From Raja brachyura (taxonomy: Eukaryota), in assembly GCA_963514005.1 (NCBI GenBank), contig OY740807.1, positions 1,922,001 to 1,986,000 of the forward strand: a stretch of DNA of 64,000 bases. Direction: 5' to 3'. The translations under genes and the position numbers were made by a program. Shown one piece after another: positions 39,401 through 50,291 of this stretch. Position 1 is the stretch's first letter. Every line of letters starts with the position of its first letter. The notes under the pieces are model-generated. The model was given only the letters and a program-made list of their open reading frames with translations, was not told the DNA's origin and did not search any database.

Positions 39401-40779
39401 CCAAACCATCCAGCCCATTTACAGAATGTGTTTCCCAGTCTATTTTTGGAAAATTGAAATCTCCCACAATCACTACCTCGTGCTTACTACTAATATCTGC
39501 TATCTCCTTACATATTTGATCTTCCAATTCTCGCTCCCCAATTGGCGGTCTATAATACACCCCTAAAAGTGTTGCTACACCGTTCCCACTTCTCAGTTCC
39601 ACCCAAATAGCCTCCCTAGACGAGCCCTCGAATCTATCCTGCCAAATCACTGCTGTAATATCTTCTCTGACAAGCAATGCAAAACCTCCACCTCGGGTCC
39701 CTCCAATTCTATCACATCTGAAGCAACGAAAATTGAAGTTTTTGGCCTAAATGCAAAACGCTGTGTGTGGCAGAAAACGAACACTGCACATCACCCATAT
39801 GTATTTGGCTCCATCCATCTTCCCATCAACTCTGACCAGCTTCCCTGTCCCTGCTGAAGAAAAGCATCCCCACAGCATTATGCTGACTCCACCATGTTTT
39901 ACAGTGGGGATGGTGTGTTCAGGGTGATGTGCAGTGCTCGTTTTCTGTCACACATGGCGTTTTGCACCATCCTCCACATGTTTGCTGTGTCCTCCACATG
40001 GCCTGTGGCAAACTGCAAACAGGACTTCTTATGGCTTTGTTTCAACAATGGCTTTCTTCTTTCCACTCTTCCATAAAGGCCCGATTTGTGGAGTGCACGA
40101 CTAATAGTTGTCCTGTGGACAGATTCTCCCACCTGAGTTGTGGATCTTTGTAGCTCCTCCAGAGTTACCATGGGCCACTTGGCTGCTTCTCTGATCAATG
40201 CTCTCCTTGCCCGGCCTGTCAGTTTAGGAGGACGGCCATGTCTTGGTAGGTTTGCAGTTGTGCATGCTCTTTCCATTTTCGGATGATGGATTGAACAGTG
40301 CTCCGTGCGATGTTCAAAGCTTGGGATTTTTTTTCAAACCTCACCCTGCTTTAAACTTCTCCACAACTTTATCCCTGACCTATCTGGTGTGTTCCTTGGG
40401 CTTCGTGATGCTGTTTGTTCACTAATGTTCTCTAACAACCCTCTGAGGCCTTCACAGAACAGCTGTATTTATACTGAGATTAGATTACACACAAGTGGAC
40501 TCTATTTACTCGTGACTTCTGAAGGCAATTGGTTGCGCTGGATTTTATTTAGGGGTATCAGTGCAATGGGGGCTGAATACTTTTGCATGCCACACATTTC
40601 AGTTTTTTATTTGTACAAAAATTTGAAAACCATTTTTAATTTTCCTTCCACTTCACAATTATGCGCCACTTTGTGTTGGTCAATCACATAAAATCCCAAT
40701 AAAATACATTTACGTTTGTGGATGTAACGTGACAAAATGTGGAAAAGTAAAGGGGTATGAAAACTTTTGCAAGCCACTG
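36413..40779 (-). mobile_element. Second Tc1 IR-DR copy (same family as 11050), interrupted by a CR1
   Basis: TA-CAGTGGCTTGCAAAAG ... CTTTTGCAAGCCACTG-TA. Transposase fragments [16 protein letters not shown] and GRPPKL. Confidence 0.95.
36997..39728 (-). mobile_element. CR1 family B, 2.7 kb (EN part plus RT)
   Basis: GVYYRPP, VGDFNFP and YADDTK motifs. (GGTTATAT)n tail. TGTA is duplicated at 36993 and 39800. Confidence 0.95.
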
Positions 40780-41799
40780 TATTGTTGGACGTGAAGGGAA
40801 TTGATGCTCTGGGTTTCGTGCGGGAGGGTAGCACTCGGGTAAATGATCAGCCACCTTCACGTTGAACAAGGGCGAGCCGAGGCGCAAGCTCGGGGGAGTT
40901 GACCCCTCACCCACGTGGTTGCATCCCAACACACTGCTGATTCCTGGATCGTCTTCGGCCGAACCCGAAACAAATCTCTCGCCATATCACCCTAGGCCTT
41001 TGGCCCTGGGATCGGGTAACATTCGTCACAGAGTCATTGAGTCACACAGCACAGTAACAGGCGCTTCGACCTAGCTGTGCCAACCACGATGCCCCTTCTC
41101 CACTCGTCCCACCTACCTGCGTTGGGCCCAAATCTATCCGAAACTTTCCTATCCATGTACCTGTACAAATATATTTGAAATTCTACTCTCGTTCTGCATC
41201 AACTATCTCCTCTGGCAGCGCGTTCCATAAACCCACCACTCTCTGTGTGAAATATGATTTGCACATCTTGATTTAATTAATCCGGTTTAATTTATGGCCA
41301 ATGGTCAGCTCTGGATGTTGATGGCGGTGGATTCTGTAGTGCTGTGTCATTGGGTATCACAGCTTGGTGGACAGACTCTTTGTTCAAAGAGGCGATTAAT
41401 GGCACATGAACAGTAAATGGTTGTTCTGTGATCCTGCTGGATATATATTATATATTATATGGGAAGAATCCATTATATGGGAAGAATCGGATACAATTAT
41501 GACTTTCGAAATATATGTATTTGAACAGCTATGTGGATTGAAAGGATTTAGAATGATGAGGGCTAAATGCATGCACTGGGACTCGCTGGCATGCGTTGAC
41601 AAGGTGGGCCGAAGGGCTAGGGTTTCGCTGCTCTACAACTCGATATGGAAAGTACAATGAATACAACTGCCATGTGATCCCAGAATGGGCTGGTGGGATG
41701 GGAATGGTGAAAGTGCTGTAGATGTTGGGCAGTGCTCGCTATTTTGGGGAACTATGTGGATTGAACGGATTCAGAAAGAGGAATCCAGGCGTCACATCT

Positions 41800-42488
41800 C
41801 ACAACATACTTGGTGCACCCTTGAAGTATCTTGGCATCAAATTGCGAATGATCTACGTTGGAATGGTCAGACTCATCATGTAACAGTGAAAGCATCAGGT
41901 GTCCTAAACTTCCAGAGGTGCAACTTCCATCATTATTCAGCTTCAGTCAAGGAGAAGTTGTATTTCACCCTCGTTAGACCTCATCTGGACTACGCAGTTG
42001 CAGCTTGGGATCCATACACAGATAAAAACATTTCATCCATCGAACGTGTCCAAAGACAGGCCGCTTGATTTGTTACTAACACCTACGAGAGAGAAGTGAG
42101 TGTCACCAAACTTCTGAATTCTCTGGGGTGCAACCCTCTCCAAGACAGACGTGAAGCTCACCGTTTGACCTGTTTTTGCAAAATGTTAAATGGTCAGCTA
42201 GACATAGATCACAAGACCCCAAACCAATTAGGAGCAGACGAGGGCATTCGATCCAATTTGTGGTCCCAGCCTCAAAGACGGACGTATACTGACATTAGTT
42301 CTTTCCACACACTATTAAAGCATGGAATAATCTCCACCAAGCCACGGTTGCCCAACCAGATGCAACTAAATTTAAAGTGGCACTTTCTTCCCAATAACCC
42401 TCTCTGGCTAAACCCCTCCCTTCACCACCTCCAGTTTAAATTCAAGTTGGAATATTTCGGAGGACCAAGTAACCAAGAACCAAGAACT
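41800..42488 (+). mobile_element. Divergent CR1-group LINE 3' end with (AACCAAG)n tail
   Basis: LYFTLVRPHLDYAVAAWDPY...IERVQRQAA and SVTKLLNSLG..PLQDRR. Distinct from families A and B. Confidence 0.8.
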
Positions 42489-42674
42489 CCTGCAGTGATG
42501 TACTGGGGCTGTGTGGATTAGCTTCCAAAAAACATTGAACAGGCCGATGCCTGGATTGTCAACTACAGTAAGAAATTTGAGCTACTTGGTTGCATTCTCT
42601 GAAACGCTGGGAGTTGCAGGGAATCCTAATGGACGTATATAAAGTTATGGGGCACAAATAAGATCAACAATCAG

Positions 42675-43505
42675 AACATAAAACATAGAAACATAGAAAA
42701 TATTTGCAGGAGGAGGCCTTTCGGCCCTTTAAGCCGGCACTGCCATTCGTTGTGATCATGGCTGATCGGCCCCTATCAATAACCCGTGCCTGCCTTCTCC
42801 CCATATCCCTTGATTCCACTAGCCCATAGAGCTCTATCTGACTCTCTTCTAAATCCATCCAGTGAAATGGCCTCCACTCCCTCTGGGGCAGAGAATTCCA
42901 TAAATTCACAACTGACTGGGTGAAAACGTTTTTTCTCACCTCAGTCTTAAATGACCTACCCTTTATTCTAAGACTGTGGCCCCTGGTTCTGGATTCGCCC
43001 AACATTGGGAACATTTTTTCTTGCATCTAGCTTGTTCACTCCTTTTATAATTTTATATGTTTCTATAAGACCCCCCCTCATCCTTCTAAACTCCAGTGAA
43101 TACAAGCCTGGTCTTTTCAATCTTTCCTCATATGACAGTCCCGCCATCCCAGGGATCAATCTTGTGGACCTACGCTGCTCTGCCTCAATCACAAGGACGT
43201 CCTTCCTCAAATTAGGAGACAAAAATTGAACACAATACTCCAGATGTGGTCTCACCGCTATACAGCTGCAGAAGAACCTCTTTACTCCCATACTGAAATC
43301 CTTTTGTTATGAAGGCTAACATTCCATTAGCTTTCTTCACTGCCTGCTGTATCTGTAAGCCAACTTTCAGTGACTGGTGTACAAGGACACTCAGGTCTCG
43401 CTGTACCTCCCCCTTACCTAACCTAATCTCAGTGAGATAATAATAAAATGCCCCCTTGTTTTTGCCGCTAAAGTGGATAACCTCACATTTATCAATATTA
43501 TACGG
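42675..43505 (-). mobile_element. CR1 family A-like 3' fragment
   Basis: RPHLEYCVQF motif and CATAGAAA tail. Confidence 0.9.
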
Positions 43506-44487
43506 TAGTGTACCCAAGTCAAATTGTATTATACTGTATTGTACCCAAGTCAAATACTAGAGGGTACAGTTTTAAACGTGAGAGTGGCAAAGTATGAATC
43601 AAATGTGTGGGGCAGGGGTTTTACACAGAGGTTGGTGGATGCCTGGATCACGCTGCCGGGAGCGGTGGTTTAGACAGTGGCGTTTAAGAGACATTTGCAT
43701 ATCCGAGGAAATGTGGGATATGGATTATGTGCATGGAGAGGAGCTTTTGCCTAGCGACTGGTCTGGCAGGCCGAAGGGTCTGTTCATGTGCTGTACTGAT
43801 GTTTCTTCAATGTCCTAATAATCTTAGTTTGCGCAAAGCCTGGCCCAACTGTTTGAGGCGAATCGCGATTCTCCAGGTTCGCGTTCCGGCTGCTCTTGGG
43901 AAACGGTCGCCAGTCAATTGGGTGTTATGCATTTTGGGGATTAGTTTTATTCTATATTTAAACAGGCAAAGTACAGATGCGTCTGGTTTCCTGCAAGGTT
44001 TTCCCAATCCCAGATCTGAACCTGTTCATTGATGAGACAGTTTCGCTGCGGGCAGAGAGTGTTTGCGCGGGGTTGATCAATATGATGCGGAGCAACTTTG
44101 ATCTCATCGACCGGTGGGATAGAAGCGATGGACTGAATGGCCCGCCGGCTCAGACCACAATAACCAATCCGAATGTCTGAAACCATTCTACCCTGATATT
44201 AATAAAATCTTCACCAGCCTGAAGCTGAAGCCGGAGATTAAACCTGTAGTTGAAGATTCAAAATTTGACGATTGGTTTATATTTAATCGCGGATACGAAA
44301 TTTAGCGGTAAGAGACTTGTGCATTGCGGGCCGAAGGGCCTATTTCTGTGCTGCATTGTACTATGCTCTGCGTCCAACCAAAGATGAAACGTTTTCAGGC
44401 TAGAGGTTGCTGTTTTGTTTTGTGTTTACTTGTATGTTTTTATAATCATATAATCATATAACAATTAGAGCACGGAAACAGGCCTTC

Positions 44488-46008
44488 TCATAGAAACATA
44501 GAAAAATAGGTGCAGGAGTAGGCCATTCGGCCCTTCGAGCCTGCACCGCCATTCAATGTGATCATGGCTGATCATCCAACTCAGTATCCCGTACCTGCCT
44601 TCTCTCCATACCCCCTGATCCCTTTAGCCACAAGTGCCACATCTAACGCCCTCTTAAATATAGCCAATGAACTGGCCTCAACTACCTTCTGTGGCAGAGA
44701 ATTCCAGAGACTCACCACTCTCTGTGTAAAGAATGTTTTCTTCATCTTTCCTAAAGGAATTCCCCCTTATCCTTAGACTGTGACCCCTTGTTCTGGACTC
44801 CCCCAACATCGGGAACAATCTTCCAGCATCTAGCTTGTCCAACCCCTTAAGAATTATGTACGTTTCTATAAGATCCCCCCTCAATCTTCTAAATTCCAGC
44901 GAGTACAAGCCGAGTCTATCCAGTCTTTCCTCATATGAAAGTCCTGACATCCCAGGAATCAGTCTGGTGAATCTTCTCTGTACCCCCTCAATGGCAAGAA
45001 AGTCTTTCCTCAGATTTGGAGACCAAAACTGTACGCAATACTCCAGGTGTGGCATCGCCAAAACCCTGTACAACTGCACTAGAACCTCCCTGCTCCTATA
45101 CTCAAATCCTTTCGCTATGAATGCAAACATACCGTTTGCTTTCTGCACTGCCTGCTGCACCTGCATGCCTACATTCAATGACTGGTGTACCATGACACCC
45201 AGGTTTCGTTGCATCTCCCCTTTTCCTAATCTGACACCATTCAGATAATAGTCTACCCCCATGTTTTTGCCACCAAAGTGGATAACCTCACATTTATCCA
45301 CATTGTACTGCATCTGCCATGCATCTGCCCATTCACTCAGCCTATCCAAATCACCCTGCAGCCTCCAAGCATCCTCCTCACACCTAACTATACCCCCCAG
45401 CTTGGTGTCATCTGCAAATTTGGAGATGTTACATTGATTTCCCTCTTCCAAATCATTAATATATATTGTAAATAGCTGGGGTCCCAGCACTGAGCCTTGC
45501 GATACCCCACTCGTCACTGCCTGCCATTCTGAAAAGTGCCCGTTTACTCCTACCCTTTGCTTCCTGTCTGCTTGCCAGTTCTCTATCCACATCAATACTG
45601 AACCCCCAATACCGTGTGCTTTAAGTTTGTATGCTAATCTCTTTAAGTTTGTATGCGGGACCTTGTCGAAAGCCTTCTGAAAGCCTATATATAAGATATA
45701 ACACATCCACTGGTTCTCCCTTATCCACTCTACTAGTTACATCCTCGAAAAATTCTATCAGATTTGTCAGACATGATTTACCTTTCGTAAATCCATGCTG
45801 ACGTTGTCCAATGATTTCACCACTTTCAAAATGCGCTGCTATCCCATTTTTAATAACTGACTCTAGCAGTTTCCCCACTACCGATGTTAGGCAACTGGTC
45901 TGTAATTCCCCGCTTTCTCTCTCCCTCCTTTTTTTTAAATGTGGGATTACATTAGCTACCCTCCACTCCTCAGGAACTACTCCAGAATCTAAGGAATTTT
46001 GAAAAATT
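44488..46008 (-). mobile_element. CR1 family A nested in a family B copy
   Basis: ORF 44678-45706 encodes RT. The host family B element is split into 44441-44487, 46019-46437 and 46913-46927. Confidence 0.94.
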
Positions 46009-46437
46009 TCTGAGAATTTCCAGTCCGTGCCGACCATTTATTTTTCCCTAGCCCCATCTACCTGCACCCAGGCCATACCCCTCCATTCCCTTCCCGTCCA
46101 TATACCTATCCACTTTACTTTTAAATGTTAAAATCGATCCTGCCTCCACCACTTCTGCTGGAAGATCATTCCACACAGCCACCACTCTCTGAGTAAAGAA
46201 GTTCCCCCTCATGTTACCCCTAAACTTCTGTCCCTTAATTCTCATGTCATGCCCTCTTGTTTGAATCTTCCCTACCCTCAGTGGGAAAAGCTTATCCACG
46301 TCAACTGTCTATCCCTTTAATCATTTTAAAGACCTCAATCAAGTCCTCCCTTAACCTTCTGCACTCCAAAGAATAAAGACCTAACTTGTTCAACCTTTCT
46401 CTGTAACTTAGTTGCTGGAACTCAGGCAACATTCTAG

Positions 46438-46912
46438 TCCTGGGATGTCAGGACTTTCATATGAGGAAAGATTGGATAGACTCGGTTTGTACTCGATGGA
46501 ATTTAGAAGATTGAGGGGGGATCTTATAGAAACCTACAAAATTCTTAAGGGGTTGGACAAGCTAGATGCTGGAAGATTGTTCCCGATGTTGGGGGAGTCC
46601 AGAACAAGGGGTCACAGTCCAAGGATAAGGGGGAATTCCTTTAGGACCGAAATGAGGAAAACATTCTTTACACAGAGAGTGGTGAGTCTCTGGAATTCTC
46701 TGCCACAGAAGGTAGTTGAGGCCAGTTCATTGGCTATATTTAAGAGGGCGTTAGATGTGGCACTTGTGGCTAAAGGGATCAGGGGGTATGGAGAGAAGGC
46801 AGGTACGGGATACTGAGTTGGATGATCAGCCATGATCACATTGAATGGCGGTGCAGGCTCGAAGGGCCGAATGGCCTACTCCTGCACCTATTTTCTATGT
46901 TTCTATGTTTCT
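46438..46912 (+). mobile_element. CR1 family A 3' end, near-identical to 1203-1676
   Basis: Same LGLYSMEFRR variant and tail. Interrupts the host sequence caacattctagt|aaatctcctctgtac. Confidence 0.93.
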
Positions 46913-47564
46913 AAATCTCCTCTGTACATACATTTTTAATGTACATCCATTTTGTATTATGTGGGGGGGGACCATTTTTTAAAATCTCTTTCCTCGACGG
47001 AGATGCGACTTTTTCAACGTATCTCGTCTGCACAACGGCTTTAACATCGCGGAGCTGGGAGAAAATTAGGGATAAGTTATTTGACTTCCATCACAGTGGG
47101 GAATGTGAGGTCGCCGGAAAAACAAGATGGACTTGCTGCCTGCACTGGTGAGGACTCGGAGGCAGTGCCGTGAGCTCAGTGATCTCGGTGTTTTGCAGGG
47201 ACATGGCTCCGTGAGGACATCCCGGAGTCTGCGAGTGTGGACGGGACGGTTCGGGCGGACAGGGACTGCAGAGAGAGTGACTGCGGTCGGTACAACTCTG
47301 GTCACATCACGGTGAAGGAGCGCGTGTGTGGCCCGGACATTGAACTGATGGCTTTGGGTCTCCGCTTATGCTGTGGCCCTGGGGATTCTCACACACCGCT
47401 GTGGTGGCTGTTTAAGTCGATGTGTAATTTGTATGTGGTTATGTATCTTGTTGTTTTTTGAATGATTGTTGGCAAATCAAATTCCTGGTATGTTTACATA
47501 CTTGGCTAATAAATTAATTTCAATAAGAATTAAACGACATTTAATTTGCCGCCAGCAGATTCTA

Positions 47565-47742
47565 AAGCGCCGGAAATCAGTCTCCGCCCACACAGGTTTC
47601 ATGGCCCCTCCCACTCATTACATTCCGGTTAATAAAGACAACCAGAGGCTCTGGTTTCCAGACACTGGACCCCGAGCGGCTCCCGGACTTTGCAGTACAA
47701 CACGAGTGGGTCTGAAGATTTGGTGTTCGCCTGTCCGGAAGA
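47565..47742 (+). promoter_or_regulatory. Putative IgL proximal promoter
   Basis: Directly upstream of the leader ATG. Contains CCGGAA ETS cores at 47570(+), 47623(-) and 47735(+), a GC box TCCGCCCA at 47583 and AT-rich TTAATAAA at 47629. No exact ATTTGCAT. Confidence 0.5.
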
Positions 47743-47791
47743 ATGGCCCCAGCGCTGTACCTCCTGTGGCCTCTGCTGCTGCTCCCAGCAG
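47743..47791 (+). CDS. Immunoglobulin light chain, exon 1 (leader peptide MAPALYLLWPLLLLPAG)
   Basis: ATG at 47743 is followed by 16 mostly hydrophobic codons plus 1 nt and a G|GTGAGA donor (phase 1). It splices in frame to the V exon, giving ...LLPA-G-LLA/IPVL, a typical split Ig leader. Confidence 0.88.
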
Positions 47792-47927
47792 GTGAGACTC
47801 GGGTTGGTTCACGACTGATTATCTGCAACGAGGCTCGTTAAAATCTCCACCATCGTCGGTGCTCTACGCGTGTCTAACCTTCTGTGGGCTCCAGATCACC
47901 CAGTCGTTTCATCTGTCCATAAGTGAC

Positions 47928-48141
47928 GGGCCATTCAATCTCTATCTGATCTATCTCTTTCTCCTAACCCCATTCTCCTGCCTTCTCCCCATAACCCCTG
48001 TCACCCGTACGAAACACGGATCTATCTATCTCTGCCTTAGCTTGGCCTAAACCGCCGTCTGTGGCAATTAATTCACCTCCCTTGGACTAAAGAAACTCTT
48101 CATCATCTCATTCTAAAGGAATGTCCATTAGTTCTGAGGCT
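47928..48141 (-). mobile_element. Old CR1 3' fragment in the IgL leader intron
   Basis: cctgccttctccccataacccctg...gtctgtggca...ctcattctaaagg resembles the antisense CR1 3' ends elsewhere in the window. Confidence 0.7.
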
Positions 48142-48173
48142 TTGATTAAGGTTTTCATTGTGTTTTGTTGAAG

Positions 48174-48533
48174 GTCTCCTGGCGATCCCAGTCCTGAATC
48201 AGACCCCAACGTCCGGACCTGTCTCCGCGGCACAAACCGTCCGCTTAGAGTGTCGGATGCAGAACGGAAATGTTGCAAGTTACACTGTAACTTGGTATCG
48301 ACAGCGTCCCGGGGAGAGACCAGAGCGGGTGATAAGGTATAAAACGAATAATGATATATTCCGTGGCAGTGGGATCACAGACCGGTTCCAACCGTCCAGA
48401 GATACCTCCGCCAACAGCTACATCCTGACCATCGGCACCCTGGAGCCCAGAGACGCCGCCGTCTACTACTGTGCAGTGTGGGAAAACAACGTGGGATACA
48501 TCTTCAGCCCTGGGAGTATCCTGGATATAAAGA
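48174..48533 (+). CDS. Immunoglobulin light chain, exon 2: germline-joined V-J, probably type I / sigma-cart (NS5-like) isotype
   Basis: Acceptor ttttgttgaag|GT. V-set motifs are present: IPVLNQTP, LEC, WYRQRPGE, DRF, LTI..LEPRDAAVYYC. CDR3 AVWENNVGYI runs directly into J (FSPGSILDIK), ending at the consensus donor A|GTAAGT. No heptamer/nonamer lies between V and J. The isotype call rests on remembered similarity of the N-terminus to shark type I chains. Confidence 0.95.
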
Positions 48534-49065
48534 GTAAGTGACTCCCTCGTTCTGTTCCCATGAATCCCCTTTGCAGTCGTTCTCATTCCCCAGTCCGGGA
48601 ACGCTCCGGAAAAACTTGCTCTGCCTCTACTCGGCGCGGGAGGCCATTCTGCCCATCGGGTCCGCGCCGTATGTCAGCGGTCGGGAGAGTATTCCCGCCT
48701 GCGGGGAACGCTAGCCCGCGGGGATTCCTGCATCGTTAACACAAGTCGCAGTTTGCGACAATCAAACGCGTTAATGTTGGGGAAACAAGGAAGACAATTT
48801 GCAGGCATTCTGATGAATGACATTGAGGGAAATACTGTGCAGCGGGTTGGGCAAGTCGGTTAGAGAGTGTAGCGGGAAAGGACGTGTTGGTGCGGGCTCG
48901 GGGTGTAATCCGGGATGAACCGGTCGCTTCCTCGTCTCTTCACCTCTCAATGGTTTGCGGAGCCGCGCTGCGTCCCGCCGCTCCCCTTGCGTCACTTGAC
49001 AGGGAGTGTTGGATATCCGGAGGCCTCTCCGGTACCGGTACTTCCCGCCATAACTCCTTAAAGTG

Positions 49066-49380
49066 GGTGCGGCACATTGGCTCAATGGTAGATATGTTGC
49101 CTCACTGCGCCAGATTCCCCGGTTCGAGCCTGACCTCGGGTGCTGTCTGTGTGGGGTTTGCAAGTTCTCCCTGTGACCCCGTGCGATTGCTCCGGTCCCC
49201 CCCCCCCCACATCCCAAAGACGTGCGGGTTTGGAGGTTAATTGCCCGTCGGTGAATTGCCCCGAGTGTACGGGGAGTGGGCGAGAAGCGGATATCATAGA
49301 ACTAGTGTGAACGGGTAATAATGGTCAGTGTGGACTCGGTGGGCCGAAGGGCCAGTTTCCATGCTGTGTCTCCTAAAATA
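49066..49380 (+). mobile_element. HE1/V-SINE-like SINE in the J-C intron
   Basis: tRNA-like head with A box TGGCTCAATGG and B box GGTTCGAGCC, V-domain and CR1-like tail. Confidence 0.85.
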
Positions 49381-49522
49381 GCTACATTCGCAAATTCACA
49401 TTCGAGCGAATTCCAGAGCTGGGGAATTATTGAACCCCGCAATGAAGTCGTCTCGACAGAGCGACGTAAAGCCGAGCGGCGCCAGGTGGAGGGACGGGGA
49501 CGGGGCCGGGGTGATGACGGTC

Positions 49523-49845
49523 TTTTAGTTTTAGTTCTAGTTTTAGAGACAGCCCGAAAACAGGCCCTTCGGCCACCGAGTCCACACCGACCAAAGATCC
49601 CCGCAAACGAACACTACCCTACACACACTAGGGACAATTTTACATTGATACCAAGTCAATTAACCTACACAACTGTACGTCTTAGGGGTGCGGGAGGAAA
49701 CCGAATATCTCGTAGAAAACCAACGCACACACGTCACGGTGATAAATGTACAAACTCCGTACAGACATGCACCTATATTTAGGATCCGACCCGGCTCTCT
49801 GGCGCTGTAAGACAGTTGCTCCAGCGCTGCACCACCGCGCCGCCC
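49523..49845 (-). mobile_element. HE1/V-SINE-like SINE in the J-C intron (antisense)
   Basis: (TTTTAG)n tail at the left end and head GGGCGGCGCGGTGGTGCAGCG on the minus strand. Confidence 0.85.
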
Positions 49846-49962
49846 AGTCACTGACACTTTCCGTGGCCGAGTTCGTTTCTCTCGCGTTGGGGTCAGTGTG
49901 TGGCGCTGCCGACGGTCTCCATCAACTAATGTTTCTCTTCTCCTCCGCCTCTCCACACACAG

Positions 49963-50291
49963 GTAGCGAGTCTCGGAAGCCCTCACTTCTCCTGCTCCCT
50001 CCGTCTCCGGATGAAACTGGCACGGGCTCGGCCACACTCAGCTGCCTGGTGAGCGGCTTTAAGCCGGGCTTCGTGGCGCTGCGCTGGGCCGTGGACGGCG
50101 TGGAGACGGAGAGCGGGGTGACGTCGGGCGCCGTGTCCCCGGACGCCGAACAGACGTACAGGCTGAGCAGTTACCTGCGGGTCCCCGCCGCCGCATGGGA
50201 CAAGGGCTCCAGCTATTCCTGCAGCGTCGGACATAGCTCGCTCAGCTCGCCTCTGCGACACACCGTCTCGTCGTCCACCTGCGCGAACTGA
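49963..50291 (+). CDS. Immunoglobulin light chain, exon 3 (C1-set constant domain)
   Basis: Branch-like CTAAT (49926), pyrimidine tract and cag|GT acceptor in phase 1. Motifs: PSLLLLPPS, ATLSCLVSGFKPG, W, YRLSSYL, WDKGSSYSCSVGH and a near-terminal Cys (STCAN*) for H-L linkage. Spliced CDS is 49+360+329 = 738 nt, or 245 aa plus stop, with no lesion. Confidence 0.96.

Noticed and set aside
40880-40910. CCGAG-GCGCAAG-CTCGG hairpin as a structured RNA
   Set aside because: A 5-bp stem is expected by chance, and there is no supporting context.
47092-47130. CACAGTG heptamer upstream of the IgL gene as a relic RSS
   Set aside because: No acceptable nonamer at 12 bp (TCGCCGGAA) or 23 bp (ACAAGATGG, 5/9), and no adjacent V or J segment.
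48158-48173. ORF-track starts at 48158 and 49746 as true start codons
   Set aside because: Both are intronic extensions; splice signals define the exons at 48174 and 49963.
49068-49140. tRNA gene
   Set aside because: The A and B boxes belong to a SINE head that continues into the V-domain and LINE-like tail.
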